From NCBI GenBank assembly GCA_034780895.1, contig JAUZTB010000002.1, forward strand, positions 58,769,072-58,833,071: a stretch of DNA of 64,000 nt. Direction: 5' to 3'. Of this stretch, positions 1 through 12,619 are shown in pieces (position 1 is the first letter of the stretch; each line of letters begins with the position of its first letter). The notes beneath the pieces were generated by a model. It made no database searches. It worked only from the letters and a program-made list of their open reading frames with translations, and had not been told where the DNA came from. The DNA is from Rhynchobatus australiae (lineage: Eukaryota). A program made the translations under genes and the position numbers.

Positions 1-375
1 TAGTAGTTCCCAAATAATATGAACTAATGTCGCTTTCTTGATGGGAAAAGAAGCTTTGAGGTGAGGTTTTCACAGAAGTAAAAGGATGTTATTGGTGACT
101 AAAAGTCCTATTCAAGCTTAGGCTAAAATATAGTTCACAGAGCAGCTGCAACACAACAATATTAATACATTGAAATGAAACATCTTTTTATCATTTAGAA
201 ATGCCAAATGACAGGCTTTCTCTCCAATTATCAACCTGTCCTCTTCAGGAGAAAAATATCAGGAACTTGAGAAACAATAACATTCCCTCAGAATATTGTA
301 ATAGGCATAAAAAGAACAATTGTGCTGAATCAAAGATGTTACACTTGACACCTCTAGTAATGTGAGAATACTTTA

Positions 376-465
<90 letters not shown>

Positions 466-1159
466 CTAAAAATTGCACAGAAAGCAACTTCCAAGTTAGT
501 TATTCATAGCACCGTGCTGATTTGCAAAATGCTTTCTACAATGTCCAGAGATAGCGTTAGCTTTGGAGTCCCGTCCACAACTCATGGGCCATGGGTTTTT
601 TGCAGCACCAGAGGCTGAAGTTCACTTTGCTGGCCTCAAATCAGTTCTTTTCATCTCCCAGTCCCTTTGGAAAGTAAAACAATTGATTATGTTTTTCTCT
701 GGACTCAAGCTCTCTTTTGCACCTCTAAGGAAAGCCTTAGTGAATTCTAGGATCCAGCCATTAGTAAAATTTTCCAAAGACACCATGGGTCCTGATGCAT
801 GAATAATAAAGGATCCCACTTTTTCAGTGCAGAAGGTTAGATTACAGAATTTCAAGCAATTTTCCACCAGGTATATATGTAAAGTGATCACTCTTGATTT
901 AGCTGGCATGAGAATTATCATTTCCCAATTGTTATACTAAAGTGATTTCTTTCATCAAACATTTTTCTACAAATAGTATAGTTCTATCCATGAAGAAAAA
1001 AAACAACAAATAAATTTGATGGCATCAGGTGCAAATAATGCATCAGATCTTCCTACAGTTCAAATTTCAGCAGAGGGATCAATTTGGCAAGATAACAGGG
1101 GAGTGGAATCCATTAAATGACAGATAGTTGAAAACCAGGATGGATATTTTTAAAATATA

Positions 1160-1385
1160 AAATAAAACAAATGCAGAAACATCTAGCAAGTCAGGCACCA
1201 TCTGTGAAAAGGGAAACAGAATAATGTTTCTGCTTGAAGACCCTTTATCAAAATGAAAGGGTCTTTGACCTGAAACATTAATGCTGTTTCTCTTTCCACA
1301 GATGGTGTTTGACCTGCTGAGTGCTTGCACATTTTCTGATTTTATTTCAGATTTCCAGCATTTGCAGTTTTTGGATTTTGATTTT
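1160..1385. repeat. Penelope-derived short palindromic element
   Basis: Inverted arms (GTCAGGCACCATCTGTGAAAAG / TTTCCACAGATGGTGTTTGAC) around GGGTCTTTGACCTGAAAC; family recurs across the window. Confidence 0.7.
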
Positions 1386-2619
1386 ATTTCCGTTTTCTGG
1401 AAGTATCCTCCATATAGGGAAACCTATGGTGGCTGGGTCTTTTGTATCTGGTATCAGTTTTCCATGGATCGACTGGAAGAACGTGGAGTAGATCTAGACT
1501 GTAGGCAGAATAATTCAGCAGATTCTTAACACACTGTAATGGCCAATGCCCCCTACTTTCTGAATTTTTTTTCTTTTACTTTGGTCTGAGCATTCATATT
1601 ACCAATCTGATGTGACAAGTCAGCTTATTAAATAAACAAATAATGTAGTTAACATTTTTTAAGGAAGTATTACATCCACAGTATATTGTTACAGGTTCTT
1701 TTTTGGAAGATATAAATATATAGCCTCTTACTGCAGAAAATTTCCACCAAAAAGCCAGAAATTCCATCTGGAACAGCTGGCTTTTTGTGCTTTCTAAGCG
1801 TGGAAATTCAGGACTCCTGTGCGACCAGGCACCAACTCAGAAATTGTGAACTTCCACCATGGCTGATGACCGCTGACAGGACGACTGTGTTTATATGCTA
1901 GATTCCTCATGGAGATCAACAGTGCAGCTGGAGCATGTAGAGATTTCCAAGCAGATACACTGGGAAACCTGCCACTGGACCCAGAAACTGTACTCATCCC
2001 GATGGAGAGGAATGACTGAGAGAGAAATAGATTCAAGGTTATTTAGAGTTTTATAATTTATTTCCATTAACTTAGATAATACTTGCCTTTCAGCATTTTA
2101 ATTGCTCTTTATGTTGTTATATAATCTTTGACAGCTGCTGCAACTTTGCAGTGTGGCTTAATTGGCTTTCAAAGCACTTCAGTGGGATGGCCCATTGCCG
2201 ACACCATCCGCATCTCAGGGTATGACTGAACAGGTTGGAGCCAGCTCCTTTGTGGAGATGCATGCAGAGAGACTTGCTCCAGGTTGGAGCAGGTAGATAA
2301 TTGGTGACCCTGGGTGCTGAGCACCTTACCAGGGATTCCAGGCCAATATTTAATCAGATGGAAGTGACCTTTGATGATCATGTCCACTAATCGGCACAGA
2401 TAATTGTACAGTCCTTTCTGCTGCAAAGCACTGGTCTTTTGGTCCATGGTCTGGCTTCTTCTCTGGGATTATTTGGTTCACAAATGATCAGCCTTGGCTT
2501 CTACTTTGAAAGCCATTTTTACCTTCAAGAAATCTGACCTAAAGTATAATACCAAGGCATGACTCTATGATAGGCTTAGATTTCTCAATGACCAAATAGA
2601 CTCCAGGGTATGAATAGGA

Positions 2620-2830
2620 ATCAGAAATAAAATGGAAAGTGCTGGAAATGTTCAGCAGCTCAGGCAGGATCTGTGGAGAAAGAAACAGAATTAACATTTC
2701 AGGTCAATAGTCCTTCATCAGAACTAATGAAATATTAACTTTGTTTCTCTCTCCATTGAGATTGCCTGACCTGTTGAATATTTTCAGCAGTTTGCTACAT
2801 TATTTAAAATTTCCAGCTTCTGCAGTACTT
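2620..2830. repeat. Penelope-derived palindromic element with hammerhead-like core on minus strand
   Basis: Same arms; minus strand 2688-2725 reads CTGATGA-AGGACTATTGACCT-GAAA. Confidence 0.65.
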
Positions 2831-3076
2831 TGCTCTGATCTACACTGAAATGTGATAATTTTGCCATCTGTGCTTTTGGTGGAGTGCTGTACTTGCTGTG
2901 AGTACATATCTGAAATCTCAGTGTACACTGATCATTATTTTCCAGGTTCATTCTGATCTGAAAGTCATAGTTGTTGACACTTCAATGTACTCTTGGTGGA
3001 CAAGACTCCTGCTGGAAGCACTCTTGTAAGATTACCTTGTATGATCTTTTCCAATAACTCTTTTCTCCCTAGTTTA

Positions 3077-3310
<234 letters not shown>

Positions 3311-3615
3311 TTAGCAGCTGCAGATCTCATAATGAGTCAGCATGTGTCAACCTATTCCTTCTGNNNNNNNNNNNNNNNNNNNNNNNNNNNNNNNNNNNNN
3401 NNNNNNNNNNNNNNNNNNNNNNNNNNNNNNNNNNNNNNNNNNNNNNNNNNNNNNNNNNNNNNNTAAAATAAAACAGTAACATTTCCCAAATGAAAACATT
3501 TGTCACGAAGAAAACAAAGTATTTTCAAAGTCCAGGACTTATACTTTCTCAGATTCCTGTAGCCATCAGACTTCGAGAGGGTGGGGAACAGAAGTGATTA
3601 ACTATTACTTCATAC

Positions 3616-3776
3616 CATTTTCGTCTTCAATCTCTGTTGGACCTGTAAAGACTCTGTTAGCAACCTTTACTCTTCCTCCGGGTCCGAAGTGAGGCCCATC
3701 TACTTTGCCTTCTTTGCAAACTTTTGTCAGTATCTGTGTAGGTTTCATTGGATCTCTCCAGACATTGTATCCATGA
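3616..3776 (-). CDS. OTOF: Otoferlin exon 39 equivalent (161 nt)
   Basis: [53 protein letters not shown]; AG/GT flanks. Confidence 0.97.
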
Positions 3777-5510
3777 CTGTGTACAGGAAGAACACATTGG
3801 TGCACATTAGAGGCTTGATGGCCAACAGTGAAATGCAACAAACTCAAGGCATGGTCCTTTGCTAATCTGACCTCAATAATGTCATGGTACCCCTTATGAA
3901 CTCTCTAAAGCACCTCCAGTTCATATTGCAATCATTACACTGGGTATTTTTAAATGCATAAAAACTTTACACTGGGGTAGTGGGAGGCAATCATAAGGTA
4001 CTGATGGGTCCAGCATGATCCAGCCCACTGTGGGGCTCCTGCTTGAAAGACCTTGACCATTTCACAGGTTTCATGACTAGTAGCAGGGAGCTGCCAACCT
4101 GGAAAAGTGAGTCAAAGGTCATTTTTTGGTCGATTTCAATTAATACTAATGAGTTTTCATCACTAAATGTATGAGCTGTCAAAAGGCCATGAGGGTGGCC
4201 TGGAGAAGGAACTTGATTCCACCAACTGAGGCTTGGTTGTTGCTCATTGACCAATCTGTAATTTGCACTCTTTGGAGGGTGAATTTCCCCCACATGNNNN
4301 NNNNNNGCTGGCATTGAAAGTTTACCTGTGTAAGCAGTTTTAATCACATTGATTTGCTCTTTTCTCGTATCCCATCAACCTTTCTTCTTCCATCCACTTA
4401 TCCAATATAATATTGGGGTAGCTTCTGCCTCAACCACCTACCCTGGAAATTGCTTTTACATCCACACACTCCTGACTGAAGAGAGTTCCCCTGCCAACCT
4501 TTCTAACGTTCTGACATTTACTTCAGCATCTCTAATACTCCTCGGCCCATGACCCAACACTACTGCCTGCTTATGTCTCACTTGTCCAATCCATTCATGG
4601 CCTTTCACACTTCTATTAACTTGCCCTGTAATTTGACTATTCCAAACACAAACAAAAAGCAGTACTGGAAATGTCATTGAACACAGGCCCAAATCCCAAT
4701 GTAAAAAGTACAATCCTCTGCCACTCCTGTCAACTTCCACATTGTCACTCATGACCCCATCCCACCTTTTCACTTCCTGACCCTGTCCCCCTGACCAGCT
4801 CATGAGTGACATCATAATTTCCAAACAAGAACAAAACACTCCTGGTGCCGGAAACCTGAAGCAGCAGGAATGCTTGCCTTGGTCCCACACTTTGTATCTC
4901 TATACTGGAAATCCCATGAAGATGTTACAATGGGTGGCTCGTCCTCTGCATGAATGCAAAGCGACAGCAGAGTTCTGCTTTGCCTGAGTGGATCCCCTCA
5001 CTTCCCCCGGTTGTATCAGTGACTTACTCGCTTCTTTGGCCCATCGATCTTTGCAGGCCCAAAACAAGCAAGCTGCTTCTGGATGTTCACTTTGGCCAAG
5101 CATTTGGATCATAGACTGCTAATGCATCAGATTTTACATGGGAACAATCCCCTTGGCAGGTCTGTGTCCTAATGGGTTCCAAGCCAGTAGTTCAACAACA
5201 CCACCCCCCCACNNNNNNNNNNNNNNNNNNNNNNNNNNNNNNNNNNNNNNNNNNNNNNNNNNNNNNNNNNNNNNNNNNNNNNNNNNNNNNNNNNNNNNNN
5301 NNNNNNNNNNNNACCCCCCCATAGCTTTCAGTATAGCAAAAACAAGCAATAGTGTCCAGTGCTTCCTTTGAATGTCACGTTAAACAGAACACCAGGAATC
5401 AGCTTGAAGGCTCTCTTCAGTAGCCATGAACATTAACATCCATTATGCAACTCAATCTGATGGCGATTTCAAGTGCAACTTTACTAAACTAAACAGTGTT
5501 CATTTACTTA

Positions 5511-5789
<279 letters not shown>

Positions 5790-6076
5790 CTATAATGCAT
5801 AATATCTGTTCAGGGATCAACGATACACATTGTGGAACTTTTTGCTTCAAAGTGTGTAAAAATCATCAAATATCTCGGCAAAAAGGGGGGAGCTACATGG
5901 CCCATTGGCCTGTTACAAATCTTTGACGAAGCTATCTTATAATGTCACCCCAAAATTTAATCATTTCTTCCTGAAATGGCAGCAGAGAAATAGCAATCTT
6001 ACTTAAAATACATTGGTTTAAGGTTTGGTTGCTTAAAACATAGAAAACTATTTTCTGGACTCGTTGACAGGACTTA

Positions 6077-6205
<129 letters not shown>

Positions 6206-7053
6206 CTAAGAGAACAGATTAAACAATGAGAAAACAAAAAAATCAACAGATCCAAGAAAATTCACCCAAACAAAATTTGGTGAATGATCAAGAATGAAAA
6301 TGTATATCCTCAAGTTATGGAAGAAATCGCAGAATAATGGTGTAAGCAGGTGGTCATGAATGTTTTCTATGAGTTGTCCTGAAGGTATGGCAGATGGCAT
6401 CCCTTAAATATTCTTGCCACATTTCAGTTCACTGCACCCTGTGTTCACAGGTCAGACCTCAAGGTTTGGCGGAGTAAGTAATTCACTAATTTCTTTGAAC
6501 TATTGTGGATGATCTCTTACATAAAAACAAATTTACAAGATAATTTCAATTTTCTTGATTGTGAGGTACACCAACTCACCATTGTACGTTGTCTCATCTT
6601 ATTATATCTCTGGCTGGCTGATTTGATTGATGAGAACCTCAGGACAATTCTGGGCCACCACCATACGAAGGTGAAAATTGCCCTGTGAGTCATATTCATG
6701 GACTGACCCTCAACTGTTCCTCATGCTTGTCTGTGAAGCTGGTGCCACCTTGTGCCAATACTCTGAATAGGTGGAATTCAGATTGGCACTTGGGCTAGAG
6801 GCAAGGCCTCCTGCAGGATCACCAAACCTGGGGATTTTGGGAGCTCTTTATAGATCTTCCACATTCAACAAAACTTCATTTGATGCCAGTTAATTCAATT
6901 CAATGAATTGATTAAAAAGGGATAAAAGGCTGACTTAAATCTGGACAAATGCATTACCAAGCTGTTTGATAAGCAGAACGTGTTCATGTTTTATCTACAG
7001 CTGCAAAAGTGAAACTCACTAGCTTTGCTGAGACTTGTTTGTTTACCACTTAC

Positions 7054-7191
7054 CCTTACTACGTATACTCTGACCAAAACATTGATGAGATCATTGCTTG
7101 GGATACCCTGGAACATTCCAAACGTGGGTTCATAACCTGCTTCCCGAGCGATATCATCTGGCAGAGGCACCTTGTACACGCAGACAGAGCC
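7054..7191 (-). CDS. OTOF: Otoferlin exon 36 equivalent (138 nt)
   Basis: [46 protein letters not shown]; AG/GTAAGT flanks. Confidence 0.97.
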
Positions 7192-7339
7192 CTGCATGCA
7201 TGTTTAAAAACAGAAGGAAGTGAAAGATGACAATACTCCAAGAAATGTCACACAAGTAAGTAAATATATAAAAATCTACATAAATTTACCCATCAAGGCC
7301 ATATAAGCCTAGATTTTTGAGATGGCTGCTTCAAGCAAT

Positions 7340-7345
7340 TTTATT
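7340..7345 (-). promoter_or_regulatory. Candidate poly(A) signal AATAAA downstream of the malic-enzyme exon
   Basis: TTTATT on plus strand; C then A5 about 21 nt further along the minus strand (7314-7318); an ATTAAA also at 8297-8302. Confidence 0.35.
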
Positions 7346-8380
7346 TGCAAAATTAACTGAAGTGAAAATTTATGTAAGGCTGCACCTAATCAGAACATTA
7401 TTCCCAAACATAGTGCAGGCAATTAGGTATTTCAATTGAACCTGACAGCCACAATGCTGTAAGAGACAGAAACAGTTTGTACATGCTTCATGAACTCCAC
7501 ATAGTCTTTGATCATCTCAAATGCCAAGGGGAAATATTACTATACATTTGCTTTTTCTGTTGTGATTTAAAATTCCACCATAAAAATGGGGTCACATCAA
7601 ATGATGAACTGTACGAGCAACTATTTTCCTTTTAAATAACCAACTATTGAAGCATGTTACATTTAACAATGGAAAATGTAATGCCTCTCCCACAGATTAT
7701 ATAGACTTTATCCCTTTGCCCCAGCAACAAATTGAATGGGACTGGCTTGATGAATCAGCTGGTCTACTCCTTCCTCTCACATTTATGTATTTGTTGGAAC
7801 ATTTGGATGTCACTTGATAAATTAAAATTTAGCTCCCAGAAAGCAACGTCTCCACCAACTGCACCATCCAGACTTAGCATGCTTTAGGGAATGCCGGAAG
7901 GCATTATTGCACTGATACAAAAGTTCAAAGCTGCTCACATACACAAAATAGTTGCTTGATGTAGCCTTAACCTACTTGGACGTAATTTATGCAGGTCTTT
8001 TCCAAGGGTGATCTTGATTAACACGACATTATGACCTCACAAGTAAGAACATGGTTTCTTTCTGGCAGTGCCTGCTACAGCTCATTGATTTATAAACACT
8101 TCCCATTATACCCTTATCATGCTAGTTAAAACCACTATTTCTCTATTAGTTTATAAACTGTTAATAATTTCCACTAGATCTTGATTTTATGTGGGAACTA
8201 AAACTAACTTTATCATAATACTCTTATCAAACATCTTTAGTTGAAGAGATATATAATCAGAAAATGAAACTTAAATATTTGCACCATACTACAAACTTTA
8301 ATATTGAATCTACTGATTCGTTTCCCTTATAAATTAATTTTATAGGCCTCTATAAATCCTGAATGCTAGGAATATTGATT

Positions 8381-8548
8381 TTATATTTTGACTGTTTGAA
8401 TCTTTGATGCTTCTTCTGGCCAGGTATAGGAATCAATTACAAAATCATCATAATCAGTGCTGTAAATGAGGGAGCTGATCAAAGACCGTTTGTCTTCAGG
8501 TTCTGGGTACACAGATGCCATTCCATTTTTGAAAGCATATTCAGCAAC
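8381..8548 (-). CDS. Isolated terminal coding exon of a malic enzyme (ME1/ME3-like) nested in OTOF intron 35
   Basis: VAEYAFKNGMASVYPEPEDKRSLISSLIYSTDYDDFVIDSYTWPEEASKIQTVKI*; YPEP..K / Y..DYD / SY.WP pattern of malic enzyme C-termini; acceptor TCTTTCTGCTTTACCTTTCAG, phase 0, TAA stop. Confidence 0.85.
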   Translation of the reverse strand, partial: VAEYAFKNGMASVYPEPEDKRSLISSLIYSTDYDDFVIDSYTWPEEASKIQTVKI

Positions 8549-8820
8549 CTGAAAGGTAAAGCAGAAAGATGACTGAAAAATCAAACTGCAGATACTGGGA
8601 AGCTTGACGATTGCACAGGGTACTATGTCAGGGACACACACTTGTTAAATGATGACAAGATCATAAGAAACTGATAGCAGTATAGACCAGGAGGATCTAC
8701 AAGCCTGCTCCACCATTCAATAAGAGTATGGCTGAACTTGGCCACAGCTCTACTTCTCTACCTGTTCCTGTAACTTTCATCATCCCTAAAGAGTGAAAAT
8801 CTGTCCATCACTTCATTGAA

Positions 8821-9150
8821 TACAGTAAAATTCTGATAATTCACTACCTGACCATTTGGAAATCCCAATGGTTAGGCATCAGGCTCAGTGGGTACNNNNN
8901 NNNNNACCAACCTCTGCCCTCCATTCCACTCACCAGGGCCCGGGTTGATGTGCACCCTTCAAACTCACTTGGTTCAGCTCATTGCATTACCTTAAGACTT
9001 ACTGGGGCCTTGTTTCCTATGCTCCCTTTAAATCCACCAGATTCAATGAATAATATTATTATCCTAATGTGTAACCTCTTAAAAAAAGTTAAAGTATGTT
9101 GGAGTATTTATAGAATACTGTGCATAAATTTGCTAGTCTGGCACCAAGGT
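8821..9150. mobile_element. Putative pogo/Tigger-like non-autonomous DNA transposon fragment
   Basis: Begins TA|CAGTAAAATTCTGATAAT; shares AAAGT.TGTTGGAGTAT with 47540-47570, and that copy ends in the near-complementary GAGTTTTACTATA at ~47645. Confidence 0.4.
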
Positions 9151-9338
9151 CTGTCACAGTTCATCTATCATCTTACCTTTTAATCTATACTCCAGTCCAC
9201 TTTAGCTAATTTTATGTTTAGGTTTAAAAGCTATTAGANNNNNNNNNNNNNNNNNNNNNNNNNNNNNNNNNNNNNNNNNNNNNNNNNNNNNNNNNNNNNN
9301 NNNNNNNNNNNNNNNNNNNNNNNNNNNNNNNNNNNNNN

Positions 9339-9770
9339 ACTGTTGAAAGTATCCTGACTGGTTGCATTATGGTCTGGTACAGCAATTTAAGTGCGCAGGA
9401 ACGTAAGAAGCAGCAGAGAGTAGTGGACTCTGCTCAATATATCACGGGCACATCCCTCTTCACCACTGGTAGTATCTGCAGGAGGCACTGCCTCAAGAAG
9501 GCAACATACATTATCAAAGATCCCCACTATCCGGGCCATGCCATCTTCTCACAGCTACATCAGGTAGGAGGCACAGAAGCCTGAAGTCCCACACCACCAG
9601 GTTCAAGAACAGCTACTTCCCTTCAACCATTCTGTTCTTTTTGTTCTAATTGCATTCTTTCTTGTAAAAATTGTGTATAATTTGTTTCTGTTTTTCTTGT
9701 GAATGCCGCTGCAAGTAAGTTTTTTGTTGCACCTGTACATCCATCTACTTGGGCATATGACGGTAAATTT
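9339..9770 (+). mobile_element. Non-LTR retrotransposon 3' fragment (Rex1/Babar-like ORF2 C-terminus)
   Basis: ESILTGCIMVWYSN...QRVVDSAQYITG...IIKDPHYPGHAIF, then NSYFPS after a frameshift. Confidence 0.7.
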
Positions 9771-10317
9771 AACTGCTGTTGAAGTTTCTTTATTTCTTAT
9801 TTGAAACATTTTACTGCTTAAGCAATTTTGTGAATTGCCCCACCTGTAAGATTAATGCAAAGTTTAATTAGTGAAAATATATGTAAAGGGCACAGCTTTT
9901 GAACTCTATTCATGACTTAATGTAATTTTAACTGCTTTTTCAATATGACATTTGTATTGAACGGACTTATGGTAAGGTCAAGTACCACTGCTTTTAGTTA
10001 CCAAAACTGAAATATACGTAAATAAGTTCAGCTTTTGATTATCTAAACCTTGGCTGAAAACAGCTGCACCCAGATGAAAAGGGAAATTCAATTTCAATAC
10101 TAGGTTTTCACCATTTGAATACTAAACACAATTCAAATAAGTTAATATTTTCCTTGCTGTTTTTTTTCCTGATTAACTCCTCTCGTCAGCAAGACAATAA
10201 TCTTCAAATATATTTATTGAGTCACAGAATTGGTACAATCCAGGAGGGCATCCGACCTATCAAGTGTCTGCCAGCTCAGTTGGGCAATCCAGTCAGTCCC
10301 AATTCTCCACCTTTTAG

Positions 10318-10490
10318 GGCAGGCATGGTAGTGCAGTGGTTAGTGTAATGCTATTACAGCACCACCGACCCGGGTTCAGTTCTGGCTGTCTGTAAGGAAT
10401 TTATACGTTCTCCCCGTGTCTGCGTGGGTTTCCTCTGGGTGCTCTGGTTTCTTCCCACATTCCAAAAGCGTACGGGTTAGGAAGTTGTGG
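10318..10490 (+). mobile_element. tRNA-derived SINE (HE1/V-SINE-like)
   Basis: A box-like GGTAGTGCAGTGG, B box-like GGTTCAGTTC, then GTTCTCCCCGTGTCTGCGTGGGTTTCCTC core; runs into a gap. Confidence 0.8.
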
Positions 10491-10749
10491 NNNNNNNNNN
10501 NNNNNNNNNNNNNNNNNNNNNNNNNNNNNNNNNNNNNNNNNNNNNNNNNNNNNNNNNNNNNNNNNNNNNNNNNNNNNNNNNNNNNNNNNNNNNNNNNNNN
10601 NNNNNNNNNNNNNNNNNNNNNNNNNNNNNNNNNNNNNNNNNNNNNNNNNNNNNNNNNNNNNNNNNNNNNNNNNNNNNNNNNNNNNNNNNNNNNNNNNNNN
10701 NNNNNNNNNNNNNNNNNNNNNNNNNNNNNNNNNNNNNNNNNNNNNNNNN

Positions 10750-10889
<140 letters not shown>

Positions 10890-11780
10890 TTAATCACTCA
10901 TGGGTGGTCCTAATTCTTCCAGGAGCCTTGCCAGCTATCTATGGTCTTAGCGGATGAGCATAATATCCTCGCGGTTATTCCCTTTTGATAGATACTGATA
11001 TTATTCAAAATCTATTAAAATTCAAATATTTTCAAATTATTATTATAAATACAGTCATATGACATCTGAAATTTTGTGACATAACTGCTTTCAAGTAAGA
11101 TAATAAATCCTTCAACACTAAATTACTGTAAATTCTGTGCAATTTATATTGGAAATGAGTATTTTTTTAATGCAAATACATTTAGAACTACATGCCACTT
11201 TTGGGGTGCTTTAACAGATGGTGGATTTTATTTTGAGGTGCACACTGCACATTCTGTAGGTAAAATATGTCCAGTACGTGACTCCTGTTTTTGTCTTGAG
11301 CCCTATCCATTTTAACATACCCATAAAGGAGCTCTAAAGGCAATGGGAACATCACAACAGAAACCAAACTTATCCTGACTCAATCTTCATACAGAGAACC
11401 ATCCAGGAAAGGGAATTCTGAAACCTTAGCCCTGCGTTTCAACCCTTCTTGACCTCTATCAGCTGGGAATTTACTACATATCAACTCCAGATTTTCAGTG
11501 GTATGGATAGTTGACTGTAATATCTGAAACTTCTTTTTTTCAGCTAGAAACTTCCTGGGATCTGAGCCTTGTAGTAGATCAGCTGGACTAGGCGCAGTGA
11601 AGGGCAAGTCCAGAACACAGTTCACAGTGAAAAGATACAGGACAGGCCATTTTGGGGTGAGATGAGGAGACATTTTCTTTAAACAAAAACTAGTAAACCT
11701 GTGGAATTCTCTACCACAGAAGGCAGCTGAAGCCAAATCATTAAATATATTAAATGAGATTAAAAAATGTGGGGAGAATT

Positions 11781-12619
11781 TGTCGTGGATAACCCGAGAT
11801 TCGATAATAACCAGGAGACGCAGAAGATTCTTCAAGAAGTTAAACCTTTATTTGCAAACAAAGGCTATGATGGTCAGAGAGCTAGTCACTGATCGCCCCT
11901 GAACAAAGACACCTAGCTCTTCTTATAGCCCCTTCTTAGTTGGCATAATCAATCATGTCAGTTTCAGCGGCACAGTGACATCTTGTTACAGGCCTCCACT
12001 CCTCATCCCCCTGCATTCTGTCACAGTTGTTTTTCAGTAGTGTTCCTCTAGTCTAATCACAATATACTTGTACTTCGCCACAGTGGTTTTCTAATCTAAT
12101 CACAGTATACTTGTGCTTTGCCATAGTTGTTTTCTACTCTAATTACAATATACTCTAGTTGTTTCTGCAGCACAGACATTGGTACAGGCACAGGGTCACG
12201 CTTAGGTCACCATGCTTAATCACCCATGAATTACCTAAGCCTTCCTGCGCGCATGGTGTCCCTTCGATGAAGGAGGAGGAGGAGCCAGTGCCATCTTAGG
12301 CACAGAACAGATTATGAATAAACGTGTGCAGCCTCTATTTTCTGTAATATTCTATAAAAGCAGGCACAGGGTACTGAATTTGAAAGATCGGCTGTTCTCA
12401 TATTGAATGGCTGATCTATTCTTGCTNNNNNNNNNNNNNNNNNNNNNNNNNNNNNNNNNNNNNNNNNNNNNNNNNNNNNNNNNNNNNNNNNNNNNNNNNN
12501 NNNNNNNNNNNNNNNNNNNNNNNNNNATGTTTGGGGAGGAACTAAACTCATATATATGCAAGATGAGGTGTTCTAAACAAAGTATTTCTGTGTTTCTTTG
12601 ATTTAATCATTCCTTGACA
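11781..12619 (-). mobile_element. Probable solo LTR
   Basis: TGTC...GACA inverted termini; minus-strand TATAA (~11925) upstream of AATAAA (~11850); internal 43-bp tandem repeats; follows a CR1-like 3' fragment; no clean TSD and an internal gap. Confidence 0.5.
12040..12153. repeat. About 2.5-3 tandem copies of a 43-bp unit
   Basis: TCTAATYACA.TATACT starts at 12052, 12095 and 12138. Confidence 0.85.

Noticed and set aside
563-2447. Short ORFs on both strands in intron 40
   Set aside because: No recognisable protein similarity or splice context; consistent with chance or decayed repeats
10318-10395. tRNA-like A/B boxes
   Set aside because: Head of a SINE; no full cloverleaf
12040-12153. Regularly spaced repeats reminiscent of a CRISPR array
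   Set aside because: Contiguous tandem units without unique spacers, in vertebrate DNA
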